From: a phage
DNA length: 64,000 nucleotides
Sequence record: PZ357121.2
Strand: one strand, 5' to 3'
Position numbers and translations under genes: made by a program. Below the pieces are notes generated by a model that ran no database searches, had not been told where the DNA came from, and worked only from the letters and a program-made list of their open reading frames with translations. Each line of letters opens with the position of its first letter. The stretch's first letter is position 1. Positions 1-7,982 of this stretch are shown here, piece by piece.

Positions 1-1
1 G

Positions 2-259
2 GTGGATAAAACGGCCAATGAATATATAATTCATTTAAGTGGCCGTCATTTCTCATCTAAATCAGAATTTGCATTTTTGCCTACAAAATCTAAGACTGCT
101 GAACTTTCTTATATGTATAGTTGTCCATACTTTAATTTGGATAACATCTATGCTGGAACTGTGACGATGTATTGGTATAAGGGGAGTAATATACTTGAGG
201 AGGATCGCTTAGCGGCTATATGCAACCAAGCGGTCCGAATACTAGGAAGGGCTAAATAA
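2..259 (+). CDS. t: holin T, C-terminal fragment (5' end upstream of window)
   Basis: Open frame enters window on + strand; TAA at 257-259 abuts convergent asiA stop; C-terminus (...YMYSCPYFNLDNIYAG...RILGRAK) matches recalled T4 holin T; t-asiA adjacency as in T4. Confidence 0.55.
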   Translation: MDKTANEYIIHLSGRHFSSKSEFAFLPTKSKTAELSYMYSCPYFNLDNIYAGTVTMYWYKGSNILEEDRLAAICNQAVRILGRAK

Positions 260-532
260 TTAGTTGTTAGAATACATCGCTAAATGACGATAAATATTTT
301 CAAAACCTTCATTGAATTCACTAATTAGTGTTTTCTTTTCTTCGGCAGTTAAATTTGTAATTAGTTTTCTAAACGAATTCTGATTTAGCTGCCGACCATC
401 TTTTTTAATTCCAATCTCATTCAAGAATCCGATGAAACTTGCTCGGTCTTCAACAATATCTTCCCTAGAGAATTTAATCAAAATAGAAGCAATAGTAATA
501 ATTTCACGTACGATTTCAATGTCTTTATTCAT
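260..532 (-). CDS. asiA: anti-sigma70 factor AsiA (90 aa)
   Basis: ATG ORF; MNKDIEIVREIITIASILIKFSREDIVE... near-identical to recalled T4 AsiA; 90 aa as in T4. Confidence 0.9.
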   Translation of the reverse strand: MNKDIEIVREIITIASILIKFSREDIVEDRASFIGFLNEIGIKKDGRQLNQNSFRKLITNLTAEEKKTLISEFNEGFENIYRHLAMYSNN

Positions 533-566
533 AACGTTTTATTCATTCCATTTAGTTGATATGGAT

Positions 567-596
567 ATAGTACCAATATTAGTGTTGATTGTAAAC
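567..596 (-). promoter_or_regulatory. T4-type early promoter (-35 GTTTAC, 18 nt, -10 TACTAT) upstream of asiA
   Basis: Minus strand GTTTAC-N18-TACTAT followed by conserved leader ATCCATATCAAC; 35 nt upstream of asiA ATG. Confidence 0.5.
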
Positions 597-729
597 GGCC
601 TTTTCTACGCTTTTAACGTAATTGGTATAGTCTTCCTGTTCATACGAGTGTAAGGCCAAGAACGGAACTAATAGTTCATTATAGACTAAAGCCTCACGCT
701 CACGTTCGGCCTCTACTACGTTCTGGAGA

Positions 730-1029
730 TTATGACTCATATCGTTCCTTATAACTATCAATGTAGTCCTGTATGTCGAAGAATGACATTTCATATTCTA
801 GGGCATTAAGAGCCCGTTCTTCAGTATAGTCAGAACCAAAGACGATAGTGATTTCACCAGGCTTCATGTGATTGAAATCAACACTAAAAGGAATACGAGA
901 ACATACTTCGTCTGCCATATCTGCAACAACACTACGATATACTTCTCGGTTAACCTGATAAAGCTCTGCAAGTTCTTCGCATCGAATAACAAGTTCAGTG
1001 GCAGGATTTTCTTTGATTTTAGTAAGCAT
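730..1029 (-). CDS. hypothetical protein (99 aa, acidic; arn-region)
   Basis: ATG ORF on - strand between motB-region genes and asiA; acidic composition; T4 arn occupies this position but identity not verified. Confidence 0.5.
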   Translation of the reverse strand: MLTKIKENPATELVIRCEELAELYQVNREVYRSVVADMADEVCSRIPFSVDFNHMKPGEITIVFGSDYTEERALNALEYEMSFFDIQDYIDSYKERYES

Positions 1030-1103
1030 AGTCTTTACCCTTATGTTTTTGTTTACGTTTAGATTGAAGTTCTGATTTCTTCTTGTCCTTATGGACGGAA
1101 GCC

Positions 1104-1331
1104 TTATTGAAATCGTGTTTTGCTACAAGATTGTTCATAATGATTTATAACCTCATTTAAACATTTATCGGTAAAAGAAAACTTTTTAGCCACAGAACAT
1201 TCGATAATGTGCTCTTTCAAATCTTTAGAGTCGGTATATCCCATCTCAGTAATAAAGTGGCGAATTAAAGCTTTATTCTTATCATTAACAGAATTAAAAT
1301 AATCTACTTTAGAATCAATTATTCTCATCAT
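1104..1331 (-). CDS. hypothetical protein (75 aa)
   Basis: ATG ORF, short overlap with upstream gene. Confidence 0.5.
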   Translation of the reverse strand: MMRIIDSKVDYFNSVNDKNKALIRHFITEMGYTDSKDLKEHIIECSVAKKFSFTDKCLNEVINHYEQSCSKTRFQ

Positions 1332-1596
1332 CTAATTTCCTTAATTGGTATTGCAACGAGCTAATAATTTCTTCGTTCATTTTAATATACATGTCACGCA
1401 AGAAAGGTTTTAACCCGTCACGAATAATTGCTAATGTATCACCTTTACATAAATTAACCAAATAAGGATGGTCTAAAGCGTCCCAACCAGGCTGGTTAGC
1501 ATACATACCATAGTTTTCTTCCATCATATGATTAAGACGTTTGATATCTTGGATACGTGATTCAATAGCATCTTTCTGGAGTTGTTTAATATTCAT
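1315..1596 (-). CDS. hypothetical protein (93 aa)
   Basis: ATG ORF; start overlaps stop of upstream gene (1596). Confidence 0.55.
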   Translation of the reverse strand: MNIKQLQKDAIESRIQDIKRLNHMMEENYGMYANQPGWDALDHPYLVNLCKGDTLAIIRDGLKPFLRDMYIKMNEEIISSLQYQLRKLDDENN

Positions 1597-2057
1597 TAAT
1601 AAAGGTCCTCTGAATAAAGTTCTTTCTCACTTCCGCCACGTTCAATACGTACCTGTCCAGCATACGTTGCAATAATCATTGCTTCTTCGCGAGTCCAGTA
1701 ATTAGAGTATTGGTCGATAAAGCCTTGGTCGTCACCACAAACTTGTTGCGAGACTAATTGAGGACCAACTATATCAAGTACTTCAGCCATATCTTTAGAG
1801 TAATGACGAACTCCAGGAATAACCAGAGTTCCACCACTCTTCAATTTAAACCTATTAGCTGCACATACTATAACACGTTGAACTTTTTGGTCATTATTCC
1901 AATAGCACGTTTGCCAACAGATTTCAGGAACTTCATTCATTATATCATCAGCAGAATAATTATAACCGTAGGACTGGAATTTTTCTGCTAGACTTTCAGG
2001 GGTCTCACGAGACAAGGCCAAATCTAATAGCTCTAAACGTTCTTTAAATGATTTCAT
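1596..2057 (-). CDS. hypothetical protein (153 aa)
   Basis: ATG ORF; ATGA-type overlap with upstream gene. Confidence 0.6.
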   Translation of the reverse strand: MKSFKERLELLDLALSRETPESLAEKFQSYGYNYSADDIMNEVPEICWQTCYWNNDQKVQRVIVCAANRFKLKSGGTLVIPGVRHYSKDMAEVLDIVGPQLVSQQVCGDDQGFIDQYSNYWTREEAMIIATYAGQVRIERGGSEKELYSEDLY

Positions 2058-2398
2058 TTAAACCATTCCTTAATACGTTGCCAAATAGATTTTTGTGCTT
2101 GTTTATTTACACCAATCGAACGAATAACCGGTTGTGACTGCTGATATTCTTTATAATCTTCTTTATAGATTTCGTAAGCGGCATCAACAAATGAACTGAT
2201 CGCTGCCATAAAGTTTTTACGTATACCGCCAGGAGCTACTCCATTAGGGAATTCAGAATTTTCGCGAATAATTAAATATAACCCAGCTTTAACTTTAACT
2301 ATAGTTCCAAGATAAGCCCCGTGGTACCAAATATCCCATCCTTCCTGAGTAGGTTCTGCACATTTACGAAGTTCGTTAATAATATTCAGCTTATTCAT
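2054..2398 (-). CDS. hypothetical protein (114 aa)
   Basis: ATG ORF tightly packed. Confidence 0.6.
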   Translation of the reverse strand: MNKLNIINELRKCAEPTQEGWDIWYHGAYLGTIVKVKAGLYLIIRENSEFPNGVAPGGIRKNFMAAISSFVDAAYEIYKEDYKEYQQSQPVIRSIGVNKQAQKSIWQRIKEWFK

Positions 2399-2408
2399 TA
2401 TGTATTCC

Positions 2409-3041
2409 TCACAGTACGTTAGTTACAAGGGTAATGATTTCTTTGGACACATTAGGGAAGTCAATGTAAGTATATTTACCACCGATCTTAATCTTAACAT
2501 CATTTTCAAGAGAAGTAAACAGCTTTGATTCAGTTTCTGACATGTTGTATGCAAAGATTCTAAGAGAACCATCTCGACGAATTTCGATCTGACGAATACC
2601 TAGAACTCGTTTTGCAAATCGAACTTCCAAGTTACTACGGTTTTCACCGATTTCTTTAACTTCAACTTTATCTTTAATATTTTCAAAAACAAAGTTTGCT
2701 AGTTCATGCATTTCAGGAGTAACTCCACGTGCTTTTCTGGTGTTACGTTTCTGAAGAAGTTCTGGAGCATTTTCTTGGGCAAAAAGGTCTGCAGCTTTTT
2801 GGATAATATCCATTGCTTCGCCTGTTGCTATAAGTCCATCACCAGATTTTTCGACTAAACCTTTCTTAATCAATACACCAATGTTAGAGTTAACAACCGA
2901 TGCATTGTATTCCGCTTCCAGAGCTTCACGGACATTGGCAGCAGTGGTGAAGTTGTTCTTAATGATATAAACCATTATTGCAGCAGTTTTTTCATTCAGA
3001 GCGTTTTCGGAAGCTTTGATGATGTAAGCAACTTTAGACAT
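2409..3041 (-). CDS. hypothetical protein (210 aa)
   Basis: ATG ORF with GGAG SD 8 nt upstream; early promoter upstream. Confidence 0.65.
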   Translation of the reverse strand: MSKVAYIIKASENALNEKTAAIMVYIIKNNFTTAANVREALEAEYNASVVNSNIGVLIKKGLVEKSGDGLIATGEAMDIIQKAADLFAQENAPELLQKRNTRKARGVTPEMHELANFVFENIKDKVEVKEIGENRSNLEVRFAKRVLGIRQIEIRRDGSLRIFAYNMSETESKLFTSLENDVKIKIGGKYTYIDFPNVSKEIITLVTNVL

Positions 3042-3080
3042 TTTATTTCTCCAATTTGGTTGTTTTGTTTTGATAGGTCT

Positions 3081-3109
3081 ATAATATCATGTTTGAAGCA
3101 CATGTAAAC
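3081..3109 (-). promoter_or_regulatory. T4-type early promoter (-35 GTTTAC, 17 nt, extended -10 TGaTATTAT)
   Basis: Minus strand GTTTAC-N17-TATTAT then AGACCTATCAAAAC leader, GGAG SD and ATG at 3041. Confidence 0.6.
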
Positions 3110-3136
3110 TGTTTTGTGAGAAAAAAATGCACAAAA

Positions 3137-3152
3137 GGGAGCTTCGGCTCCC
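3137..3152 (-). terminator. rho-independent terminator downstream of gene 52
   Basis: GGGAGC-TTCG-GCTCCC hairpin followed on - strand by TTTTGTGCATTTTTTT. Confidence 0.6.
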
Positions 3153-3228
3153 TAATCATGTTTGTCCAACCAATACAGCCAAATCACTAGTACAGCTATT
3201 GCACCGAGAAATCCTAAGGCTATGGCAC

Positions 3229-4554
3229 TCAAAGTGCCTCCAAGTCTTTAGTGTACTCTGTCACAACATCAGTAGACTTCCAATACTCATTTTCTTCTTT
3301 CTTAGCTTTAGCTTCTTCCGCTAGTTTACGTGCTTCGTCAGAAGTGATATGGAAGATGTTAAGGCCTACCAGTTTATCGACATGTTCTTTATACATTTCG
3401 ATTTGTGCTAGCTCTTCAGTCAAAGCTTTACGAGTCTTGCCCTGAATCACAATTTCGCCACTGATAACTTTTTTGATGAAGTGTGCCTTAGCAAAAGCCA
3501 GTTTAAATGCTTTTTCAGATTCAAGGATTTTGTTGTCAATACGTTTCTGAACGTAAGTCTTACGGACTTCAACAAAATCTTTGATTAAGTCCACTACATT
3601 ATCATAGACTGCTAATTTACCCTTTTCATTAATCACTGTGATGTTTTGTGAACGACGTTCGATGAGACTAAAATCTTTCATGATTTTTTCATGACGTAGC
3701 TCTTCATCATCAGGAAGCGAGTACTCTTTACGGAACTTCACCTTAAACCCAAAGCCGTGTTCACCGCAATCATCTTCCCATGAGATTAGACCTTTGTCTT
3801 CCAACGGGTCAAGAACCTTACTCACATACGTTTCACGGTCAAATTTATATGGGATTTCAGTTATCTGCATTTGAGTGCGAGATGTGAACTTATATGTTCC
3901 GTGAATCTCATAACGCCCATCAACTTCATGTACTTCACCACGGAATTCTGGGAATTCAACTTTTGGCTTAGTAACATTTTTACCTTGAAGAGCTTGTAAT
4001 ACAGCCTTTTTGACTGATTTAAAACTATGAGGCAGAATATTTGTTGCGTAACCGGTTGCAATACCAGAGACACCATTCAAAAGAACTGTCGGAATAATAG
4101 GAAGATAGAATTTTGGTGGAATGTGTTCTTTATCTTCATGAGCTGGAGCATATTCAGTATCTTTATATACGTTATAGAAATTTTTACTTACACGAGCAAA
4201 AATATAACGAGATGCTGCAGCTTTTTGGACTGTTCTAGAACCAAAGTTGCCTTGGCCATCTAACAGTGGATAGTTGTTGTTCCATGTGTTAGCCATCAAT
4301 GCACCTGCATCTTGTGCAGAGATTTCACCATGGTGATAACCTAAATCTGCAACACCGCCTGCAATTGACGCAAGTTTATGAAATTTTTCTTTATTACCAC
4401 GAGCCAAATCTAACGCACGATGAACCACAAAACGTTGAACCGGCTTAAATCCATCAATCATGTTTGGGATTGCACGGTTTTCAACGGTGTACATCGCATA
4501 TGCTAAGGCTTCGTTATCAATAATACTTTTTAGATTACGAGAATTCAATTGCAT
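3229..4554 (-). CDS. 52: DNA topoisomerase II medium subunit gp52 (441 aa)
   Basis: ATG ORF; GyrA-like N-terminal region; length and sequence match recalled T4 gp52. Confidence 0.9.
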   Translation of the reverse strand: MQLNSRNLKSIIDNEALAYAMYTVENRAIPNMIDGFKPVQRFVVHRALDLARGNKEKFHKLASIAGGVADLGYHHGEISAQDAGALMANTWNNNYPLLDGQGNFGSRTVQKAAASRYIFARVSKNFYNVYKDTEYAPAHEDKEHIPPKFYLPIIPTVLLNGVSGIATGYATNILPHSFKSVKKAVLQALQGKNVTKPKVEFPEFRGEVHEVDGRYEIHGTYKFTSRTQMQITEIPYKFDRETYVSKVLDPLEDKGLISWEDDCGEHGFGFKVKFRKEYSLPDDEELRHEKIMKDFSLIERRSQNITVINEKGKLAVYDNVVDLIKDFVEVRKTYVQKRIDNKILESEKAFKLAFAKAHFIKKVISGEIVIQGKTRKALTEELAQIEMYKEHVDKLVGLNIFHITSDEARKLAEEAKAKKEENEYWKSTDVVTEYTKDLEAL

Positions 4555-4558
4555 ATTT

Positions 4559-4699
4559 TCACCATATTAATGAACGAATAACCATTATAACATCTGAAAT
4601 GAAAAGCACTACTTGGATTAGCCCAAACATCACACCGTAGTACAGAACCGTAAGCAAAAACAAGAGCCCGAAGGCTCCTGCTAAGATTTTCTTAATCAT
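4559..4699 (-). CDS. putative small hydrophobic peptide (46 aa)
   Basis: ATG overlaps TGA of upstream small ORF; hydrophobic; ends 4 nt before gene 52 ATG; ORF contains a terminator-like hairpin so may be non-coding. Confidence 0.3.
   Translation of the reverse strand: MIKKILAGAFGLLFLLTVLYYGVMFGLIQVVLFISDVIMVIRSLIW
4664..4677 (-). terminator. terminator-like hairpin (GAGCC-CGAA-GGCTC + T-rich tail)
   Basis: Stem-loop followed on - strand by TTGTTTTTGCTT; lies inside the 46-aa ORF. Confidence 0.35.
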
Positions 4700-4845
4700 T
4701 GCTCGCCTTTTAATACGTTAAGAAGAGCTAAGACCGCTAAGGTACCTTGTGACACAGCCTGTTGAAATACTGTTGTTTCGCCTGTAACTAAAGTGTTAAC
4801 GAATAAAAACGACCAACACAGCAATGCAATAATCCATGCTACCAT
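4696..4845 (-). CDS. small membrane protein (49 aa; position of T4 ac/stp)
   Basis: ATG ORF missed by 60-aa cutoff; hydrophobic N-terminus MVAWIIALLCWSFLF; lies between ndd and 52 like T4 ac. Confidence 0.4.
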   Translation of the reverse strand: MVAWIIALLCWSFLFVNTLVTGETTVFQQAVSQGTLAVLALLNVLKGEQ

Positions 4846-4871
4846 TTTAATTACCTCAAAAATAAATTAAA

Positions 4872-4889
4872 GGCCTAACTTAATAGGCC
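4872..4889 (-). terminator. rho-independent terminator downstream of ndd
   Basis: GGCCTA-ACTTAA-TAGGCC hairpin followed on - strand by TTTAATTTATTTTT. Confidence 0.5.
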
Positions 4890-4897
4890 CGTATAAA

Positions 4898-5344
4898 TTA
4901 GTAACTCTGCAGAACGAATTTGAAATTATCTGCCAGAAGACGGTTCATTTCAGTGAGTGTTTGATATTCTGATGTATGATTGCGAGTGAATGCCAGAGCC
5001 AATTGTCCTTTACCATAACCAGTAGTCAGGGGTTTCATGTTCTTAGCTGCAACAAAGATTACATCATATTCAATATTGTTAGTGCCCATAGTACGGGCTA
5101 GTTGCGAACGGCCTTGACGAATGTGAGAAAGAATTGCATCCAACCCTTGTTTAGAACGTTGACGTCCTACAAAGAATCGTGCTGCTACTTGTCGCCAGTC
5201 AGATGAACCTTTAACAAAGAAGTAAAAACCTTCACGAGAACGAAACTCTTTAGAAACTTCAGAACCGTATTCGCCATTACGAACTACTGCAACAACTTCA
5301 CCGCCAACTGCCAGAAGGTCTTTACGAGTTAAATATTTGGACAT
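4898..5344 (-). CDS. ndd: nucleoid disruption protein Ndd (148 aa)
   Basis: ATG ORF; ...[22 protein letters not shown]...[28 protein letters not shown]...[12 protein letters not shown] matches recalled T4 Ndd. Confidence 0.85.
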   Translation of the reverse strand: MSKYLTRKDLLAVGGEVVAVVRNGEYGSEVSKEFRSREGFYFFVKGSSDWRQVAARFFVGRQRSKQGLDAILSHIRQGRSQLARTMGTNNIEYDVIFVAAKNMKPLTTGYGKGQLALAFTRNHTSEYQTLTEMNRLLADNFKFVLQSY

Positions 5345-5387
5345 GCTAATTTCCTCAATTGATTAATGTTTTGTAATCCATGAGAGC

Positions 5388-5416
5388 ATTATACTCTGCT
5401 CTCAAGAGTTTGTACA
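5388..5416 (-). promoter_or_regulatory. early promoter cassette (-35 TGTACA, 17 nt, -10 TATAAT) with 7-bp inverted repeat around -10
   Basis: Minus strand TGTACA-N17-TATAAT; GAGAGCA/TGCTCTC inverted repeat brackets the -10; near-identical copy at 49972-50006. Confidence 0.55.
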
Positions 5417-5419
5417 ATT

Positions 5420-5620
5420 TTATTCGGTTATATCAGAACGTTCAAAAAGCTCTTCAACAGTTAAACATTCGGTGTCATCCTCAATAAAGAATCGGGTCCA
5501 ACACGTTGGGGCGATGCAGTTATGAGTTTGTCCGGCTATAGAAGCTACACGAATAAGCTGCTGACCATTATTCAGGACAAATTTTTCACCAATTTCAACA
5601 TCTTTAAAAAGCTTAGCCAT
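5420..5620 (-). CDS. hypothetical protein (66 aa)
   Basis: ATG ORF with GAGGAA SD; promoter upstream. Confidence 0.55.
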   Translation of the reverse strand: MAKLFKDVEIGEKFVLNNGQQLIRVASIAGQTHNCIAPTCWTRFFIEDDTECLTVEELFERSDITE

Positions 5621-5648
5621 TTTGTATTCCTCGTGTTTTGATAGGACT

Positions 5649-5678
5649 ACTATACCATAATCCTACCTTGATGTAAAC
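5649..5678 (-). promoter_or_regulatory. T4-type early promoter (-35 GTTTAC, 18 nt, extended -10 TGgTATAGT)
   Basis: Minus strand motif then CCTATCAAAAC leader. Confidence 0.6.
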
Positions 5679-5870
5679 AATTAAATTACATTAAAATATG
5701 TCAAAGCCAACCATGTTCCAGTGAACGAACATGCGATGTAAAACCCCGTATCACAAATTGTTCTTAGTACAATAAGAAGTGCATTTTTCATAAGTACCTC
5801 AATACAATTGAAAATATTATACAAATCATAGGGATACTAAGCAACCATATTCCGATCCACATTTTAGAGC

Positions 5871-6134
5871 TCATATCTCAACTTCCGCGAGTTCCATATA
5901 TCCTTTGTTGATAACCTCTTTAAGGTCTTTAGAAAGAATAACACTAAAATGGTCGTTCATATGTCCATTAACCAGACGAGTTATTTCGGCTTCAGATGAC
6001 ATATAAGGCACGTCTGAGTCCCAATGAGATAGACCCAAATGGGTATAAATCATCCCTTCGTCATCTGCAGTGTTGTACATTGAAACAAATTCGCCTGTTA
6101 CTTTATGTTTTGCGTAGAAAAATTTAAATTTCAT
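5871..6134 (-). CDS. hypothetical protein (87 aa)
   Basis: ATG ORF with AGAGGA SD. Confidence 0.55.
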   Translation of the reverse strand: MKFKFFYAKHKVTGEFVSMYNTADDEGMIYTHLGLSHWDSDVPYMSSEAEITRLVNGHMNDHFSVILSKDLKEVINKGYMELAEVEI

Positions 6135-6160
6135 GATGTTATCCTCTTTTAGATAGGACT

Positions 6161-6190
6161 ACTATATCATAGTCCTACTTAGTTGTAAAC
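6161..6190 (-). promoter_or_regulatory. T4-type early promoter (-35 GTTTAC, 18 nt, -10 TATAGT)
   Basis: Minus strand motif; TAGGACT/AGTCCTA inverted repeat around -10. Confidence 0.55.
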
Positions 6191-6202
6191 ACTTTTATGA
6201 AA

Positions 6203-6679
6203 TTAAAGTTGAAGATACCACCCGTTGTAGTTGCTCTTGCGGACGATTTTCTTTAGGTCTTCATGGTCTCCCACGAACTTTATAGAATAAGAGAAGACGT
6301 CAGGTGAGGTTTCTTTGACATCTAATATAATAATGCAATCTGCGACTCGATGGTTCAAGAAGGGCCCTATGTTGATTCCGTTGCCGCCTGGATAATCACC
6401 ACTGTATCCTGTGGTAACAGAAATCCATTTAGAATCCATCTGATGTGTCTTGACTTCTACACGAATTCCACAATATTTGGGATGGGCCAACACGTCCCAT
6501 GCATACGTGTACGGGTCTTCTACGTCTTCAATACCTTTATTAACATATCCGTCTAGCCAATTTGCTACTACATACTCTGCAAAGACTGCAACCTTACAAC
6601 GTCGAACTACATCTTCTTTGTTTTGGTCTGGATTTTGGCTCAACGAATATCGAGCAGTGTCAGCAATCTTCACCTTCAT
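6203..6679 (-). CDS. hypothetical protein (158 aa; denB-region)
   Basis: Internal ATG (track ORF 6203-6823) chosen so the gene starts 16 nt after upstream stop; sits where T4 denB lies but sequence not verified. Confidence 0.45.
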   Translation of the reverse strand: MKVKIADTARYSLSQNPDQNKEDVVRRCKVAVFAEYVVANWLDGYVNKGIEDVEDPYTYAWDVLAHPKYCGIRVEVKTHQMDSKWISVTTGYSGDYPGGNGINIGPFLNHRVADCIIILDVKETSPDVFSYSIKFVGDHEDLKKIVRKSNYNGWYLQL

Positions 6680-6695
6680 TTCACTAGTCAAAAAC

Positions 6696-6983
6696 TCATT
6701 CGACAGGATAAATGTCGGAAGACTCTTCAGTCTCAACAATCCCAAGTTCGTCTTTACCATAGATACCTCTGATGTGTAGTTCGCCAAAATAAATGCGGTC
6801 ACCTTCTTCAAGATATTCTGCATCTACCGGTGGGATTTCAATAACAACTTCGTCGCATTCTAACCAGCCGTAGTGTGCATCACCAGGATGTTTTACCAAT
6901 TTAGCACAATAAACTGATTTACACTTATGATGACCACGAAGATTAGCAATTTTGGATTCTGACACGTCAAATGGATGAATCAT
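6696..6983 (-). CDS. hypothetical protein (95 aa)
   Basis: ATG at 6983 with AGGGG SD; upstream part of track ORF is encoded by the rIIB terminator hairpin. Confidence 0.5.
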   Translation of the reverse strand: MIHPFDVSESKIANLRGHHKCKSVYCAKLVKHPGDAHYGWLECDEVVIEIPPVDAEYLEEGDRIYFGELHIRGIYGKDELGIVETEESSDIYPVE

Positions 6984-7004
6984 AATTACCCCTAAAGAAA
7001 AAAG

Positions 7005-7020
7005 GGGGACCGAAGTCCCC
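7005..7020 (-). terminator. rho-independent terminator downstream of rIIB
   Basis: GGGGAC-CGAA-GTCCCC hairpin followed on - strand by TTTTTTCTTT. Confidence 0.6.
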
Positions 7021-7025
7021 AATTA

Positions 7026-7973
7026 TTATTCTGCAAATAATTCAGTAACATCTGAAATTACTTCATAACGGCAAGTACGCATCTTAGCATCACCATAGTC
7101 AACTGGGATGGATACAACATCACGTGGATGAACTTTAACTTTCACAACTTTATCTGAGCTTGAACCAAAGTGGCGAATATAAGATTTAGCACAAACGTGG
7201 AGACCGCGAGAACAGGTTTGAGTATCATCGTCATTAACTCGAGTACGAGGCATTGAAACAACTTTACCTGGGGAGTTATCAAATGTACCACTATAGCAGT
7301 CTAAATAGTCCTTACGAACTACTTTCCATGCATAGAAATACCCATCTTCAGTGATTTCAATATCATTTGCAACCAAGAAGTCGAATAAACGTTGTACAGC
7401 TTTTTCGCTTGGGTTTTCTAACAGGTTTTCAAGGAACGGCAGATAGAATTTAAAGTCTTCACCTTTTTCCATGGAATCAATAATACGATTAACCAGTCCT
7501 GAACGAATTTCTATACCTTGATAAAATAAACTACCACCTTCAATAGTAACATTACCATCAACAAACTTACTAATAGCTTTCTTGATGTTAATAAGTTCGA
7601 CAGCTTTACTAAGGTTTCCTGCGACCAGATTAGCTTTAATTTCTTCAAAATTTGCATGACTTGATGGGGTCGCATTGTATGCTACGCGTCCTTCAATAAT
7701 TGAAATAAATTTAGATGACGCGTTCCATACGATTTCAGGACGATGTCCGCCGATAATAGGTTCATCATTTTCTGGAACTTCTTCGATTACATAAGAGGCA
7801 TCGTTTGCTTCAGGGACAACGCCTTCTGCTTTAAAATTCTTAACAATCTTACGAAGAGTATCTGTTGAAATGTCGAAGTAATCGGCAATTTCTTTACGAG
7901 TCCATTTGCCTGATTCAACCAGGCCGTAAGCTTCTAACTGTTCTTCTTGGGACAAGCATTTGATATTGTACAT
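7026..7973 (-). CDS. rIIB: rIIB protein (315 aa)
   Basis: ATG ORF; N-terminus MYNIKCLSQEEQLEAYGLVESGKWTRKEIADYF and length match recalled T4 rIIB; adjacent to rIIA. Confidence 0.85.
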   Translation of the reverse strand: MYNIKCLSQEEQLEAYGLVESGKWTRKEIADYFDISTDTLRKIVKNFKAEGVVPEANDASYVIEEVPENDEPIIGGHRPEIVWNASSKFISIIEGRVAYNATPSSHANFEEIKANLVAGNLSKAVELINIKKAISKFVDGNVTIEGGSLFYQGIEIRSGLVNRIIDSMEKGEDFKFYLPFLENLLENPSEKAVQRLFDFLVANDIEITEDGYFYAWKVVRKDYLDCYSGTFDNSPGKVVSMPRTRVNDDDTQTCSRGLHVCAKSYIRHFGSSSDKVVKVKVHPRDVVSIPVDYGDAKMRTCRYEVISDVTELFAE

Positions 7974-7982
7974 AATGTTTCC

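Noticed and set aside
579-794. 71-aa minus-strand ORF between arn-region gene and asiA
   Set aside because: Overlaps upstream gene by 65 nt and its 3' part is the asiA promoter; any shorter version is very weakly supported
6203-7022. Possible single frameshifted gene spanning 6203-6823 and 6696-7022
   Set aside because: Both parts have their own ATG and SD, a 16-nt gap results when internal starts are used, and the upstream part of 6696-7022 is the rIIB terminator hairpin
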